Shown in pieces: positions 9,471 to 18,942 of a stretch of 64,000 nt of DNA. Source of the DNA: Myxococcota bacterium (GTDB lineage Bacteria; Myxococcota_A; UBA796; UBA2385); the NCBI GenBank assembly GCA_044344255.1, contig JBIJDH010000001.1, positions 448,001-512,000 on the forward strand. Reading direction: 5' to 3'. The translations under genes and the position numbers were made by a program. The stretch's first letter is position 1; every line of letters begins with the position of its first letter. The notes below the pieces were generated by a model. That model saw only the letters and a list, made by a program, of their open reading frames with translations. It made no database searches and was not told where the DNA came from.

Positions 9471-10307
9471 CTATCGCCCATTCGAGAGGAGGGTGACCCG
9501 CTCGCGCAGCCCCGGCGGCAAGCGGCGGTCCAGGATGGCCTGAGCCTCTGCGGTCGCGTAGCGGGCCGACAGGTGGGTGAAGAGGATGGCCTTGTTGCCG
9601 AAGAGCTCGGCGCGCTCGATGACCTCGTCCAAGTGTACGTGGCCCTTGTCGCGGGCCTCCTGGACAGAGACGCGGTCATCGACGAAGGTGACCTCCATCA
9701 TCAGCAGCGAGGCCTCCCGAGCGGCGGGGCAGCGCTCGAGGAAGTCGATCTTCGAGTCGCCGGAGAAGGCGACCTCGGGGACCTCGACGAGCTCGCTGAT
9801 CTCCACGCCCGAGAGCCGCGCGTCCCGCAGCTCCCGCTCCGGCCGCCCCACCCACTCGGCCCGCAGCTTCTTGCGCTCCCGCACCAGCACGTACCCGTGA
9901 CAGGGTACGACGTGCACGGCCCGGAAGGGCCGCAGGAGCACGTCCCGGCTCAATCGGAGCTCCTCACCGGGGTCAAGTCCGAGGACTGTGCAGCGGAGCT
10001 CCGACCGGTCGAGGCGGCGCCAGGCCTCGAGCATGCCCTCGAAGTCGGCGGTGATGGCGCTCGGCATCACGTAGGTGGGCGGTGTCATGCCCATCAGCGA
10101 GCGGGTGGCGCAGTGCATGACGGCGCCGCCCAGGTGGTCGATGTGCGCGTGGGTGAAGGCCACCCGGCCCTTCGACACCGCGCGCGGCGGGCAGCGCCCG
10201 ATGTCGAGACAGAGGTCGAAGCCAGGGAGCTGCAGACAGGTCTCCAGCCCGCCGATGGAGATGGCCTCCACCGAGACGCCCGCGAGCTGCAGCGAGACCT
10301 CGTTCAC
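9471..10307 (-). CDS. RNase Z-like metallo-beta-lactamase-fold hydrolase (short TM-type)
   Basis: THAHIDH, FSGD, EVTF, HLSARY. Confidence 0.8.
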   Translation of the reverse strand: MNEVSLQLAGVSVEAISIGGLETCLQLPGFDLCLDIGRCPPRAVSKGRVAFTHAHIDHLGGAVMHCATRSLMGMTPPTYVMPSAITADFEGMLEAWRRLDRSELRCTVLGLDPGEELRLSRDVLLRPFRAVHVVPCHGYVLVRERKKLRAEWVGRPERELRDARLSGVEISELVEVPEVAFSGDSKIDFLERCPAAREASLLMMEVTFVDDRVSVQEARDKGHVHLDEVIERAELFGNKAILFTHLSARYATAEAQAILDRRLPPGLRERVTLLSNGR

Positions 10308-11200
10308 GCCCGCCCCGGCGGGCTGGCCGCGGGCCGGCTGAGGAGCCGAAAGTCGAGGCCGCCCACCTCGACGAAGTCATTCATCTCCCGCAGGCGAGAA
10401 TAGACTCGGTCCCCCACACGATCCCCGAGGGTCTGCGGGGTGGCGTTGACCTGCGCCGGGTTGGGCGGCGGAGCGCCCGTGGCCTCCGCGGGGCGGTAGT
10501 TGGTGGTGGCGAGGATCGGCGCCATCGCGTTGTATCGCCGGCTCACCAGCTCATCGATGATGGTGAGCTCCCAGTCGGTGACCCGACCCTTACCGAGCTC
10601 ATCAATGATGAGGATCGGCACCGCCGCGAGCTCACTGAGGACGGCGCTGTCGCCTCGCCCCTCCTCGTAGCCCTGCTTGAGCAGCCCGAGCAGGCGCGTG
10701 AACTCGACGAAGCGGACCGACAGGCCCTGTCCGAAGATGAGCTGTCGGGCGAGCGCCACGGCGAGGTGCGTCTTGCCGCGGCCGACCGGCCCCCAGAGGA
10801 TGAGGCCACGGTTCGCCTGCCCTGGTCGAAAGCCCGCCATCCACGGTGCGACCTTGGAGAAGGCCTCGCCCTTCGCGGGGTCGGTGCGGCTGCCCTCCAT
10901 GAAGCTCGTGAGCGTGGAGGCGGCGAAGCGGCCGGGCAGGTTCGCCCGGTTGAAGGCAGCGACCCGATCGGGGATGAGCTGACAACGACAGCGCCCGACC
11001 CGCACCACGCCGTCCACGCGCAGGGTCACCCGGCCGCCGCCGTCACAGCGGCGACAGGTGGGGACACAGGCGCAGAGCGTGGCCAGCGCGACCTCGCCGG
11101 CGGGCGCCACCGTGTAGCCGAGGCCCTGACAGCGCTTGCAGGCGGGGTCTGGCGCGGCAGGCTCGACGGCCGCGGGGCTCTGGGGCGCGGGGGCGGTCAT
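10304..11200 (-). CDS. DnaC/IstB-like AAA+ ATPase with N-terminal Cys-rich Zn-binding motifs
   Basis: CKRC..CAC..CRRC..CRC; Walker A GPVGRGKT; Walker B IIDELG; TTN; RVYSRLREM. Confidence 0.85.
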   Translation of the reverse strand: MTAPAPQSPAAVEPAAPDPACKRCQGLGYTVAPAGEVALATLCACVPTCRRCDGGGRVTLRVDGVVRVGRCRCQLIPDRVAAFNRANLPGRFAASTLTSFMEGSRTDPAKGEAFSKVAPWMAGFRPGQANRGLILWGPVGRGKTHLAVALARQLIFGQGLSVRFVEFTRLLGLLKQGYEEGRGDSAVLSELAAVPILIIDELGKGRVTDWELTIIDELVSRRYNAMAPILATTNYRPAEATGAPPPNPAQVNATPQTLGDRVGDRVYSRLREMNDFVEVGGLDFRLLSRPAASPPGRA

Positions 11201-11955
11201 GGGGAGGGGCCCCTCCGGTCAGCGGTGTCGGTGTCGGCCAGCAGCCTATCCCAGAGCTCCCGCGCAGACACGAGGGGGAAGCGCCGCCGCAGGCGGTCGC
11301 GCGTCGCCTCCTCGACGAGCCCCTCGATGAGGCTGTCGGGCAGGCTGCCACGGAGCGAGGCGTAACCATCGGCCACCTCGGCGCGGAGGGCCGGACGCTC
11401 GTCACAGCCGATCCACACCGCCTCGTGGAACTCGCGCACCAGCACCACCCCCGCCGTCGCGCGCTCCTCTGGGCTCCCCATCGAGACGGGGAGGGCGAGC
11501 AGCGCCGAGATGAGCTGCTGGTGGGCCGCTTCGAAGGGCCCCGCGACGCGCTGCGCGCGGAGGGCCTCCACATAGCCGAGCATCGGGTCGGGCACCGCCG
11601 CGCGATCGCCGGGCACCCCGACGCCGAGGGGGGCCGGCTTGAGCTCCACCTTGCAAGCTTGCAGAGAGAGGGGCCTCTTCGAACGCCGCTTCAGGCGACG
11701 ATCTGCCGCGCGGTCGAGGGCGGCGAGGATCGCGACGACCGGCGTGCCCCCGTCGAGCCAGCGCAGGAGCAGCCGCCCATCGGCGCTGGAGAGGAAGGGG
11801 CTGCCTCCGCGCAAGGTGACGAGGTAGTCGCGCACGACGGCGGCCTGGCGAGCCCGCACCTGGTCCACCTCATCGAGCGCGTCGACCAGGAAGGGCTCCA
11901 GCCCGCCCTCGTCGCCCTCCGAATCAACTTCTGACAACTGTGGTACCGCTGTCAT
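11197..11955 (-). CDS. Hypothetical protein with a DnaD-like helical segment
   Basis: ATG at 11955 (MTAVPQL); FLSSADGRLLLRWLDGGTPVVAILAALDRA; 4-bp overlap with the DnaC-like gene. Confidence 0.65.
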   Translation of the reverse strand: MTAVPQLSEVDSEGDEGGLEPFLVDALDEVDQVRARQAAVVRDYLVTLRGGSPFLSSADGRLLLRWLDGGTPVVAILAALDRAADRRLKRRSKRPLSLQACKVELKPAPLGVGVPGDRAAVPDPMLGYVEALRAQRVAGPFEAAHQQLISALLALPVSMGSPEERATAGVVLVREFHEAVWIGCDERPALRAEVADGYASLRGSLPDSLIEGLVEEATRDRLRRRFPLVSARELWDRLLADTDTADRRGPSP

Positions 11956-11994
11956 CCCCTGCCTTCCTTGCGCGCTCCGAAGGGCCGACCTATC

Positions 11995-13245
11995 ATGCCC
12001 CGTCCTCAGCGGAGCCTGTTCATGGTGCCCTCGACCCGCACGCCCTCCCCCCGCTTGCCCTCCCCTCGCAAGCCGCTGCTGGGCCTGTTGGCCCTCGTGG
12101 CCGGCTTTGCCCTCTCCGTCCCCGCCTTCGCCGCCAAGGGGAGCGACACCCTCGACGAAGACGACAACGAGAAGGACGAGGACGACAAGAAGAAGAACAA
12201 CGACGACGACGACAAGGTCGACAAGCCGCTCGACCCTGACAACGACGACGACTGGGCCCCCGCTCCCGACAAAGAGGAGTCCGAGCTCAAGTTCGACGAC
12301 GAGTCGGAGGAGGACACCCAGGTGGCCGCCCGCGGCCCCGGTGAGGACACCGCCAAGCTCTACAGGGAATACCTGGAGAAGGTGAAAGACCTCAGCCCGG
12401 ACGAAGAGGCCCTGGCCTGGGAGCGATACCTGAAGAAGTACCCGAAGACCAACTTCAAGACGAAGATCCAGGCCCGCCTCGACGAGCTCGGCTCCGCGAT
12501 CTACGACGAGCAGGTCGAAGACACGATCAGCCGGGCGCCAGACGCCGGTAAGTCCGAGATCCGCTTCGCCCAGCCGGCCAGCCTCGAGTCGATCGACCCC
12601 CGGAGCAAGGTGCGAGCGGGCTTCGGCTTCGGCCGCCCCTCCTACAAGTCGCTCGTGCTCACCGGGGAGTACCAGCTCAAGCGGGAGTGGTCGGTGACGG
12701 GCGGCGTGCGCAGCCGCTACACCGGCGCCAGCCTCGAGGCCGGCACGCACTACGCGATCATCAAGTCGGCCCGGCAGCAGATGCTGCTCACGGTCCTCGG
12801 CGACCTCCACTACAACCTGAACCCCGCCTACCCGGGGATCCGGCCCCAGGTCGGCTTCGGCAAGCGCTTCACCATCAACTCCGACGTCTACATTGACTCG
12901 ATGGTGCAGGCCGGCACGGACCTCCTCATCCGCAACAACGACGTGGGCAAGACGGTCCTCGACCCCCGCTACATCGGTGGGCTCAACATCACCGTCGCCC
13001 CTGCGCCGATCCTCCGCGCCTACCTCGAGACGTCGATCAACATGAAGCCGGGCGGCGACGAGCGGATCTCCTCCTTCGCCTTCGACACCTTCAGCTTCGG
13101 CATCCGCTTCGTGAAGCGCAAGAGCACCAACAAGGACCTCTTCGAGGCCGGCCTCGGCGCCGAGGCCCCGATCATCTCCGACTACTGGGGCTACCATCAG
13201 GGCGCCGTGTTCGGCGAAGGCACGCTCTACCTGAACAAGTCCTGA
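11995..13245 (+). CDS. Putative outer-membrane beta-barrel protein with an acidic N-terminal region
   Basis: Signal peptide (PAFA), D/E/K-rich linker, amphipathic beta strands, aromatic C-terminal strand; strong GC3 bias. Confidence 0.75.
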   Translation: MPRPQRSLFMVPSTRTPSPRLPSPRKPLLGLLALVAGFALSVPAFAAKGSDTLDEDDNEKDEDDKKKNNDDDDKVDKPLDPDNDDDWAPAPDKEESELKFDDESEEDTQVAARGPGEDTAKLYREYLEKVKDLSPDEEALAWERYLKKYPKTNFKTKIQARLDELGSAIYDEQVEDTISRAPDAGKSEIRFAQPASLESIDPRSKVRAGFGFGRPSYKSLVLTGEYQLKREWSVTGGVRSRYTGASLEAGTHYAIIKSARQQMLLTVLGDLHYNLNPAYPGIRPQVGFGKRFTINSDVYIDSMVQAGTDLLIRNNDVGKTVLDPRYIGGLNITVAPAPILRAYLETSINMKPGGDERISSFAFDTFSFGIRFVKRKSTNKDLFEAGLGAEAPIISDYWGYHQGAVFGEGTLYLNKS

Positions 13246-13267
13246 GTCCGGCCCGCCGCCGATCGCC

Positions 13268-13310
13268 GGGGCCGGGCCCGACGCTCCATGGGGGGCGCGG
13301 GCCCGGCCCT
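13268..13310 (+). terminator. GC-rich hairpin after the stop codon
   Basis: GGGCCGGGCCCG ... CGGGCCCGGCCC 12-bp stem. Confidence 0.45.
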
Positions 13311-13428
13311 CGTCGTTTCGCGCCCCCGGCCCCCGTCGTTTCGCGCCCCTGGCGGAGACGTGTAAGATTCGCGCTGCGGGCGTCGTTCCAGGAGCGGCGA
13401 CCGAGGAGGCGCCCGGTGGAGACCCCCC

Positions 13429-14013
13429 TTGACCACCCCTGACTCGGGCCTGATGCCGCTCGCCGAGGAGCGGACGCTGGTGGAGCGGCTGAAGCGCGGA
13501 GACCGCGCCTCAGCGGGCGCCTTGTACCAATGGTACGGCGACCGCCTGTTCCGGCAGGTCATCCTGCCGCGACTGCCGATCCCCGAGCTCGCGGAGGACG
13601 TGCTCAAGGACACCTTCCGAATCACCCTGGAGAAGATCGAGCAGTACAAGCCGGAGGGCACCACCAGCATCTTCTTCTGGATGCGGCGGATCGCGATCAA
13701 CCGCGCCATGGACGTCCACCGCGCCCACGACCGCAGTCGAAAGCTCGAAGATCGCCAGGAGGAAGCCGCCACCCGCTCGATGTCCGAACCCCCGCCTGCC
13801 CCCGACCGTGAGCCCGAGTCCGCCGAGACCCGCGCCCAGGTCGAGCTCTCGCTCACCCGCATGAACGAGCGCTACGCCCTCGCCCTCCGCTTGCGCCTCC
13901 TCGAGGATCGAGATCGGGAGGAATGCGCCGCCCTGCTCGGCGTCAATGTGGGGAACTTCGACGTCATCTTCCACCGGGCCTGCAAGGCCTTCCGACAGGT
14001 GTACCCCCCGTGA
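13429..14013 (+). CDS. ECF (group 4) sigma factor
   Basis: AEDVLKDTF, WMRRIAINRAMD, region 4 with EECAALLG. Confidence 0.9.
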   Translation: MTTPDSGLMPLAEERTLVERLKRGDRASAGALYQWYGDRLFRQVILPRLPIPELAEDVLKDTFRITLEKIEQYKPEGTTSIFFWMRRIAINRAMDVHRAHDRSRKLEDRQEEAATRSMSEPPPAPDREPESAETRAQVELSLTRMNERYALALRLRLLEDRDREECAALLGVNVGNFDVIFHRACKAFRQVYPP

Positions 14014-15797
14014 CCGAGAACCACCAGATCGAGCTCCTCCAACGCTGGCTTCAGTCGAAGCCGGGCGTGGGGCCGTCGGGTGGAGCGCGCGGTGAAGGAC
14101 GGGGTGAAGGACGGGGTGAAGATGGGGGGCCGACCGCGGGCGGGCCGCTCGACGAGGCCCCCGCGGCCCTCGACCCCGATCTGCGCTACGCGGTCCTGGC
14201 GCTCCGGCCCGACCTCGCCCCGCCGCCCCGGCTCAGCGTGGACGACATCCTCGACAGCGTCAGCGAGGGCCCCTTCGCGGTAGACCCCGGGGAGGCCGCG
14301 GCGGTCCAGGGCTGGATCGACGGGGCGGACGATCTCCCCGAAGGCCTCGACGAGGACGTCGTGGAGGCGCTCTATGCGCTGCGCCCCGACCGCGCGCCCG
14401 CCCCGACGATCGACCTCGACGCCCTGCTCGACGAGGTCCAAGAGGGGCCCTTCGCGCCCCGCCTCGCCAAGGTCCTCCCCTTCTCCGCCGCCCCCGCCGC
14501 CCTCGACAAGGCCACCCCAAAGGCCGAGCGCGCCGAGCTACCGGGGGCCTCGGGCGAGCGGGCCCCGGTGGTCGAGCTCTCCTCCCGCCGCCGCCTGCCC
14601 ACCTGGCTGATGCCCGCCCTCGGCGTCCTCGCGGCGGCGGCCAGCGTGCTCCTGGTGGTGGGTCCGATGCACGACGAGGCGCCGCCGATGTCGGCCCCCG
14701 CGCCGGTGCAAGACGCCGGCGTCCCGATGGCCCCTCACGCCGCGCCGTCCGAAGAGGCGCTGGGCACCGTCTCCCAGAGCGGCGCCGCCGTCGCCGGCCT
14801 CGAGGAGGGTGGCAAGACGTCGCCCGACCCCGCCGCCGCCTCACCGGCCGTCCCCGCAGCCGCCGAGCCCCCCTCGCCCCCGACGAAGGCGAGCGCCGGC
14901 CCGAGCGACGCGGCCGGGGTCGTCGGCGCGACCACCCCGACCGCGCTCCCCTCCCCCTCCGCTGACGCCCCGCCGAGCGCGGAGGCCGAACCGTCGGAGC
15001 TCGCCAACACTGGCGGGCTCGCGGGCGGAGCGGTCGGCGGCGCCGACCTCGACGACAACACCGCGTCGAACACCGCCGCCAACACCGCCTCGAACACCGC
15101 CGCCAACACCGCCGATGCCTACTTCGCGGATGAGGCAGATCAGGCCCGCTCGGGGGGTCGCTCGAAGTCAGACGCGGTGGTGGCCGGAGAGGGGCGATCC
15201 GCGAAGCAGGAAGAGGCGAAGAAGAAGTCCGACGAGAAGAGGTCCGAGGAGGATGTCGCCTCCCGCGAAGAGAGGGCGTACGACGCGGCCCGAGAAGACG
15301 AGGCGCCGCTCGCCAAGAAGCCCAGCAAGGCGAGCTCCCGGGCCCCAGCGCCCGCCGCCGCGCCGCCCCCCGAGCCTGCGCGGGCCGCGCCCTCCGGCGC
15401 CTCCTCCGCCAGCCTCGACGATCTTCGACGTCAGGCGAGCCCGGCCAGCCGCGGGCCGGATCTCGCGGCTCGGCACCCGGAGCTCCAGGCCACCTACGAG
15501 GAGATCAACGCCGCCACCCGCGCCGGGGCCACCAGCAAGGTCGTGGGCCTCTGCAATACGCTGCGCGGCCACTCCGACCCGGATGTGGCCATGGACGCCG
15601 CCTGGCGATCGGCGCGGATCACCCTCGCGGCGGGGCAGGCCGATCAGGCCCTGGCCCACATCGCCCGCGGCCTCGAGCTCTCCGGGGCGCCATTCTTCCG
15701 CGCTCGGCTGCTCGCGCTCAAGGGCGAGGCGCTGGAGGCCCGCGGTGACGCCGCCGGGGCGCGCCAGGCCTACGAACAAGCGGCCCGGGCGCGCTGA
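14010..15797 (+). CDS. Putative anti-sigma factor: duplicated cytoplasmic motif, one TM, low-complexity linker, C-terminal TPR-like helices
   Basis: GTGA overlap with the sigma stop; TM WLMPALGVLAAAASVLLVV; C-terminal KGEALEARGDAAGARQAYEQA. Confidence 0.65.
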   Translation: MTENHQIELLQRWLQSKPGVGPSGGARGEGRGEGRGEDGGPTAGGPLDEAPAALDPDLRYAVLALRPDLAPPPRLSVDDILDSVSEGPFAVDPGEAAAVQGWIDGADDLPEGLDEDVVEALYALRPDRAPAPTIDLDALLDEVQEGPFAPRLAKVLPFSAAPAALDKATPKAERAELPGASGERAPVVELSSRRRLPTWLMPALGVLAAAASVLLVVGPMHDEAPPMSAPAPVQDAGVPMAPHAAPSEEALGTVSQSGAAVAGLEEGGKTSPDPAAASPAVPAAAEPPSPPTKASAGPSDAAGVVGATTPTALPSPSADAPPSAEAEPSELANTGGLAGGAVGGADLDDNTASNTAANTASNTAANTADAYFADEADQARSGGRSKSDAVVAGEGRSAKQEEAKKKSDEKRSEEDVASREERAYDAAREDEAPLAKKPSKASSRAPAPAAAPPPEPARAAPSGASSASLDDLRRQASPASRGPDLAARHPELQATYEEINAATRAGATSKVVGLCNTLRGHSDPDVAMDAAWRSARITLAAGQADQALAHIARGLELSGAPFFRARLLALKGEALEARGDAAGARQAYEQAARAR

Positions 15798-15811
15798 TCG
15801 TCCCCAACGAA

Positions 15812-15843
15812 GCGGGCCGAGGAGCCTGCGCCCCTCGGCCCGC
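15812..15843. terminator. Hairpin between convergent genes
   Basis: GCGGGCCGAGG-N10-CCTCGGCCCGC perfect 11-bp stem. Confidence 0.55.
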
Positions 15844-15885
15844 CCTCCCCCTCATCGACCGTTCAGCCGATGCGGAGCGTCGCGC

Positions 15886-18800
15886 TCAGCGCTGGTAGCC
15901 GACGGTGAGGCCGAACATCGTGAGCCCATCGTCGATGCTGCCGACGAGGCGCTTGTCACCGCCGTTGTCGGGGGTGGAGTAGACGTCCACGAAGCGCGCC
16001 TTCAGCCCGGCGTTGCCGGCGACGTACCAGTTGTCCACGAAGGCGTAGCCGACCTTGAAGTCCCAGCCGGCGCCGAGGAGGTAGTCCTTCACGTTGACCT
16101 CACCGCCCAGCGTGCCGAAGACGTGCTCGCCGATCTCGGCGTCGACCTCGGCCCCCGCGAGCAAGCCGGAGGAGATCAGGTTCTCGTAGACGAGGTCCGT
16201 CCCCTCCTGCTTGAAGACGATGGAGTCGGAGATGTCGTAGCCGAAGCGCCCCGCCACCGAGACCTGCGAGGCGGCGCCCACGTCGAAGGGGTAGCGGATG
16301 AGGCCGACCAGCCGCACGTCGTTGACGAAGTCGGGGATCTCACCATCGGTGTAGCCGGCCTCCGAGAGGTCGATCGACCAGCGGGAGGTGCGGAAGGTGG
16401 CCTCGGCGCCCACATAGGTGAACATCGGCAGCCACACCCGGGCCCCGAGCTGGAAGCCCGAGGCGCCGGCCGGGCTGCGGCCCTCTCCGCCGCCCACGGT
16501 GACGTTCTGCTTGAAGATCGGGCCGTTGAGGGCCTCGGAGCGCTGCTGGTAGCTGTACATGCCGCCGAGGTAGCCGACGCCTGCGCGCAGCCAGGGGTAC
16601 TTTCCGGGCTCGCGCGGCGGCTTCGGCGCCTTGGGGGGCTCCGGGGTGGTCACCGCGCTGGGGGTGGCGGTGGGGGTCGGCGCCGCGGGGATCGCGGTGG
16701 CGACCGGCGTGCCCCAGGCCCCGCCGGCTACCGCGACGGCCCCGCCGACGGGCACCTTCACCATGCCCGCGACCGTGCCGTCGGCGTTGGCGACCGAGAC
16801 CTTGACCTCCCCGGTCGTGCCCGCGGGGACGGAGAGGGAGGCCGCGTAATCACCGTTTCCGAGGTCGATGGCCGAGCCGATCGTGCCCGCCGAGGCGAGG
16901 AAGTCGAGCTTCTGGCCCGCGACCCCCTTTCCGTTGCTGTCTTCGGCCCGGATCTTGAGGGTGGTCGAGCCGCCGGCCGGCACCTCCTTGGGGTCCGAGC
17001 TCAGGGCGAAGCGCGCGAGGGGGCCCGCCGCGACGGAGGCGGGGGCGGCGACGATGGTGCCGCCACCCTCCCGGCCCACCCGCAGCTCGGTGACGATGCG
17101 CCGCCAGCCGAGGGAGAGGTCCTGAGTCGCCGCCGAGCCCGAGGCGGAGGCGACGAGGTCTTGGGCGACCGGCACGGGGGACTGGAGCACCGCCGTCGCG
17201 CCGCCCTGACCGGCCGCCGTGGCCTGGATGCGCACCACGCCCGCGCCGCGTCCGGCGGTGAGGGTCACCTGCCCGATGCCGGAGTCATCGGTGGTGAGCG
17301 CGGTGGGCAGGGCCGCGTCACCCTGGGCGACCTGGAGGGCCACGGGGACGCCGGCCACGGGGTAGCCGAACTCATCGAGGGTGAGCACGGTCACGAGGGT
17401 CGAGGAGAGGCCGTCATTGGGGATCGACGGGTGCGAGGCGAAGACCAGCACGCGCCGGAGCGGGTTTCCGCTGGCGGGCGCCTTCACCGTGGCCACCACC
17501 TCGACCGGCCCGTTGCCCGTCGTGGTGAAGGCGGTCTGGTAGTCTCCGTTACCGAGGTCCTTGGTCTTGCCGTTCACCTTGGCGCCGTTGACGGCGAAGG
17601 AGAGCTCGCGACCGGACATACCGACACCGTCGGAGCCCACCACCTTCGCGAACAGGGAGAAGCCCTGCGCCGATGGGCTGAGGCCGGCGGGCTCGGCCGT
17701 GAGGGTGACGGAGCCCGGGCGGGCGGCCACAAGGTTGAGGTTGAAGGAGTCCGCCTGCTTGCCCTTGCTGTCCTCCACCGCGACCTGGATGGTGACCTGC
17801 CCGCCGGAGACGCTCATCGGCGGCGTGAAGTTGGCGGCGTAGACGCCGTTGCCCTCGTGGCGGGCGGGCGAGGTGACCCCGCCCGTCGAAGAGAACACGA
17901 CCCGGGCCGCGGTGTCGGGCGCGCCCGAGGCGCTGGCGACGTAAGCGCGCACCACGACACCCTGCGCGGGATCGGCGGGGACGCTCTGATGCAGGGGGTA
18001 CAGCTTGACCCGCTGAGCGCCCGGGATCTGCAGATCGAGCGGCTCCTCGGTCTTCTTGTCGGCGGTGATGCTCGTGACGAAGGCCTGCTGCACGCCGGGA
18101 GGCACCACGATCGGCACCTGGGCGCGGCCAGAGGCGTCGGCCTGGAGGGGGCCGAACTCGCGATCGCCCACCTTGACCAGGATCCGGCTGTTGGGCAGAC
18201 CGGTCACAGGGAAGGACGCCTTGCCCACGAGCGGGATCGCGAGCACGCCGTAGGCGCGGGTGGGATCGCGACGATCGGCCACGGTGACGAGCGCCACCTG
18301 CGGGAACTGCTGGTTCGGGGCCGTGTACAGCGCCGAGTAGCGCCCCTGGCCGAGCGGCGTGAGGTTCGAGATCGAGCCCGACGAGCTCTGGAGCACGACG
18401 TCGCCCTGCGTGGCGGCGGCGTTGGCGTCCCCGGAGAGGTTGATGGCGACGGTGGCGGTGCTGTCCTGCCCGAGCACGAGCTGCGGGGGGTTGGCCGATA
18501 TCGTCAACGCGCGGGCCGTGGAGGGCTGCGCGGTGATCGACCAACTCTTAGCGAAGTTACCCTTTGCGGCCGTCTTTCCCTTCAGGGTGACCTCGAGCAC
18601 CTTGCCCGTCTCAACCTTGGGAGGGGTCCAGGTGGCACGGTAGAGTCCGGGCCGGAGCTCGGTCACCGCAGAGGTGTTGCCCTGCGAGGCGCTCAGCTTC
18701 GAGCTCAGCCCCGTCATCGGCGAACCATCGACGTTCAGCGCGAGGAACTGCAGGTTGACCGCGGTGCTACCGTCCCCGACGACGTCGCCGCTCGGGAGCA

Positions 18801-18942
18801 GGTCGATGACGGGCTCGGCGAAGGCGCCGGCCTGAGCGTGCGCCTCACCCGCGAAGAGCGCGATGGAGACGATCGATCCGGGCGCGGCCAGCGCGGCGAC
18901 AGCGAGGAAGTTCAGCATCAACGAGCGGGGGGTGCGGCCCAT
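15886..18942 (-). CDS. Large exported protein with tandem invasin/Big-like Ig domains and a C-terminal beta-barrel
   Basis: Signal peptide (AHA/Q); repeated GxGxYxAxxTxP motifs; Pro-rich linker; C-terminal GLTVGYQR. Confidence 0.75.
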   Translation of the reverse strand: MGRTPRSLMLNFLAVAALAAPGSIVSIALFAGEAHAQAGAFAEPVIDLLPSGDVVGDGSTAVNLQFLALNVDGSPMTGLSSKLSASQGNTSAVTELRPGLYRATWTPPKVETGKVLEVTLKGKTAAKGNFAKSWSITAQPSTARALTISANPPQLVLGQDSTATVAINLSGDANAAATQGDVVLQSSSGSISNLTPLGQGRYSALYTAPNQQFPQVALVTVADRRDPTRAYGVLAIPLVGKASFPVTGLPNSRILVKVGDREFGPLQADASGRAQVPIVVPPGVQQAFVTSITADKKTEEPLDLQIPGAQRVKLYPLHQSVPADPAQGVVVRAYVASASGAPDTAARVVFSSTGGVTSPARHEGNGVYAANFTPPMSVSGGQVTIQVAVEDSKGKQADSFNLNLVAARPGSVTLTAEPAGLSPSAQGFSLFAKVVGSDGVGMSGRELSFAVNGAKVNGKTKDLGNGDYQTAFTTTGNGPVEVVATVKAPASGNPLRRVLVFASHPSIPNDGLSSTLVTVLTLDEFGYPVAGVPVALQVAQGDAALPTALTTDDSGIGQVTLTAGRGAGVVRIQATAAGQGGATAVLQSPVPVAQDLVASASGSAATQDLSLGWRRIVTELRVGREGGGTIVAAPASVAAGPLARFALSSDPKEVPAGGSTTLKIRAEDSNGKGVAGQKLDFLASAGTIGSAIDLGNGDYAASLSVPAGTTGEVKVSVANADGTVAGMVKVPVGGAVAVAGGAWGTPVATAIPAAPTPTATPSAVTTPEPPKAPKPPREPGKYPWLRAGVGYLGGMYSYQQRSEALNGPIFKQNVTVGGGEGRSPAGASGFQLGARVWLPMFTYVGAEATFRTSRWSIDLSEAGYTDGEIPDFVNDVRLVGLIRYPFDVGAASQVSVAGRFGYDISDSIVFKQEGTDLVYENLISSGLLAGAEVDAEIGEHVFGTLGGEVNVKDYLLGAGWDFKVGYAFVDNWYVAGNAGLKARFVDVYSTPDNGGDKRLVGSIDDGLTMFGLTVGYQR

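Noticed and set aside
10304..11200. IS21 IstB helper or prophage replication gene
   Set aside because: No IstA transposase, terminal repeats or phage genes; embedded among housekeeping-type genes.
11956..13197. N-terminal ~410 aa of the 666-aa minus ORF
   Set aside because: Antisense to the real plus-strand gene; the likely start is ATG 11955.
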